Program-made: the position numbers and the translations under genes
Shown here: positions 63,002 to 64,000 of the stretch, in pieces
Layout of the letters: every line of letters begins with the position of its first letter
How positions within the stretch are numbered: position 1 is the first letter of the stretch
The notes under the pieces: generated by a model
Told to the model about the DNA's origin: nothing
The model's input: the letters and a program-made list of their open reading frames with translations, nothing else
Database searches by the model: none
DNA from: a virus
Taxonomy: Duplodnaviria > Heunggongvirae > Uroviricota > Caudoviricetes
DNA: 64,000 nucleotides
Virus record (IMG/VR): IMGVR_UViG_3300037424_001372
Location: 1-64,000 of that record
Strand: one strand, 5' to 3'

Positions 63002-64000
63002 ATGTTAAATAAACAATTAAGTAAAATATTACAAAAAGGTGACACGGGTTTTGGGATTTTAATTGAAAGTGATGCAGGGTATATTAATTATGATACAAAT
63101 AAAGATATTTTAAATGAAGCATTTGAATTAAAACCTAATGAACCAGTATTAATAAATTGTATTTTACAAAAATGGGGAGTTAAAAACAAAAACGGTAGGA
63201 TTTATCCTAAAGATGTTTTATTGTCACAAGCTAATTTATATCAAGATTTAGTCAATACAAACAGTGCTGTTTCCGAAGCTGATCATCCTGATTGTGTAAA
63301 TGCTTCTGAATCAATGATATGTACTAAAGACGGGTGGAAATCATTTGATGAAATTTCTGATGATGAGGAAATTTTAACATTAAATACCACTACCAATAAA
63401 ATTGAAATACAAAGAATTGAAAAGAAAATATATGAACCTTATAAAGGTAAGATGTATAAATTCAAAAATAAAAACACTCTTGAGCTAACAGTAACACCAA
63501 ATCATAGATTTTTGGTTGAAGATTCGAAAGGTGATAAAAAATATTATTTTGCTAAAGAAATTTATGATGATAAAAATGGTGTTTTATCTAATGGAAAGAA
63601 TAAATTACTTAAAACAGCAGAATGGAATGGTGAATATAATGATTTTTTCACACTTAAAGGTATTGATTTAAATGATTTGGTTGTTAGGAAAAAAGATTTA
63701 AGAGAAAAATATTCTTCAGACATTCAAATAAAATCACAAGATTGGTTCGCTTTTTTAGGAATTTATCTGGCTGATGGTCATTCATGTGGAACAATATCTG
63801 GGAAAGAAAAATCACGAGGATATAATGTGGTTATAACACAAAAAAAACCAAAAACCCAAATAGCTATCGAAGAATTATTAGATAAATTACCTTTTGAATA
63901 TTATATAATTGAATATGTTGATGGTAAAAAACAATATCATATTCATGATGCAAGACTATATAAATATTTATCTGTTTTGGGGTCTTCAGCTACTAAATAT
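63002..64000 (+). CDS. T4 gp21-like prohead protease with intein (partial, not in ORF track)
   Basis: KNKNGRIYP..SEADHPD|CVNAS..VTPNH..FLGIYLADG; intein starts at 63293 and runs off the window. Confidence 0.88.
   Translation, partial: MLNKQLSKILQKGDTGFGILIESDAGYINYDTNKDILNEAFELKPNEPVLINCILQKWGVKNKNGRIYPKDVLLSQANLYQDLVNTNSAVSEADHPDCVNASESMICTKDGWKSFDEISDDEEILTLNTTTNKIEIQRIEKKIYEPYKGKMYKFKNKNTLELTVTPNHRFLVEDSKGDKKYYFAKEIYDDKNGVLSNGKNKLLKTAEWNGEYNDFFTLKGIDLNDLVVRKKDLREKYSSDIQIKSQDWFAFLGIYLADGHSCGTISGKEKSRGYNVVITQKKPKTQIAIEELLDKLPFEYYIIEYVDGKKQYHIHDARLYKYLSVLGSSATKY

Overview
A 64-kb, very AT-rich segment of a T4-like jumbo (huge) phage, most likely infecting Bacteroidota (host-type promoters match TTTG-N19-TAnnTTTG). 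It uses the standard genetic code. From left to right it contains: (1) an early region with RadC, LPD11 and a phage ECF sigma factor next to a GC-rich island and attC-like cassette junctions; (2) nucleotide-metabolism genes, including an intein-containing class II RNR; (3) about 33 minus-strand tRNA or tRNA-like genes in three operons plus a lone tRNA-Tyr, interleaved with decaying homing endonucleases, tnpB-end remnants, Y-RNA-like elements and a probable Ro60/TROVE relic; (4) a late head and packaging module with terminase (one contiguous and one naturally split intein), portal (two inteins) and prohead protease (intein, runs off the window), plus a transglycosylase and a large tail/baseplate protein. 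Main finding: each of the three tRNA operons is headed by promoter, short leader ORF, antiterminator and terminator, and each leader's codons match the amino acids of the tRNAs downstream. HQPQQPQHPQ precedes Gln/Pro/His tRNAs, an L/D/V/E/A/W-rich leader precedes Asp/Glu/Val/Leu/Ala/Trp tRNAs, and a T/N/I/S/R/G/C-rich leader precedes Thr/Asn/Ile/Ser/Arg/Gly/Cys tRNAs. This looks like ribosome-dependent attenuation letting the phage sense depletion of specific tRNA pools and replace them. All tRNA folds and family calls were made by eye, with no database searches.
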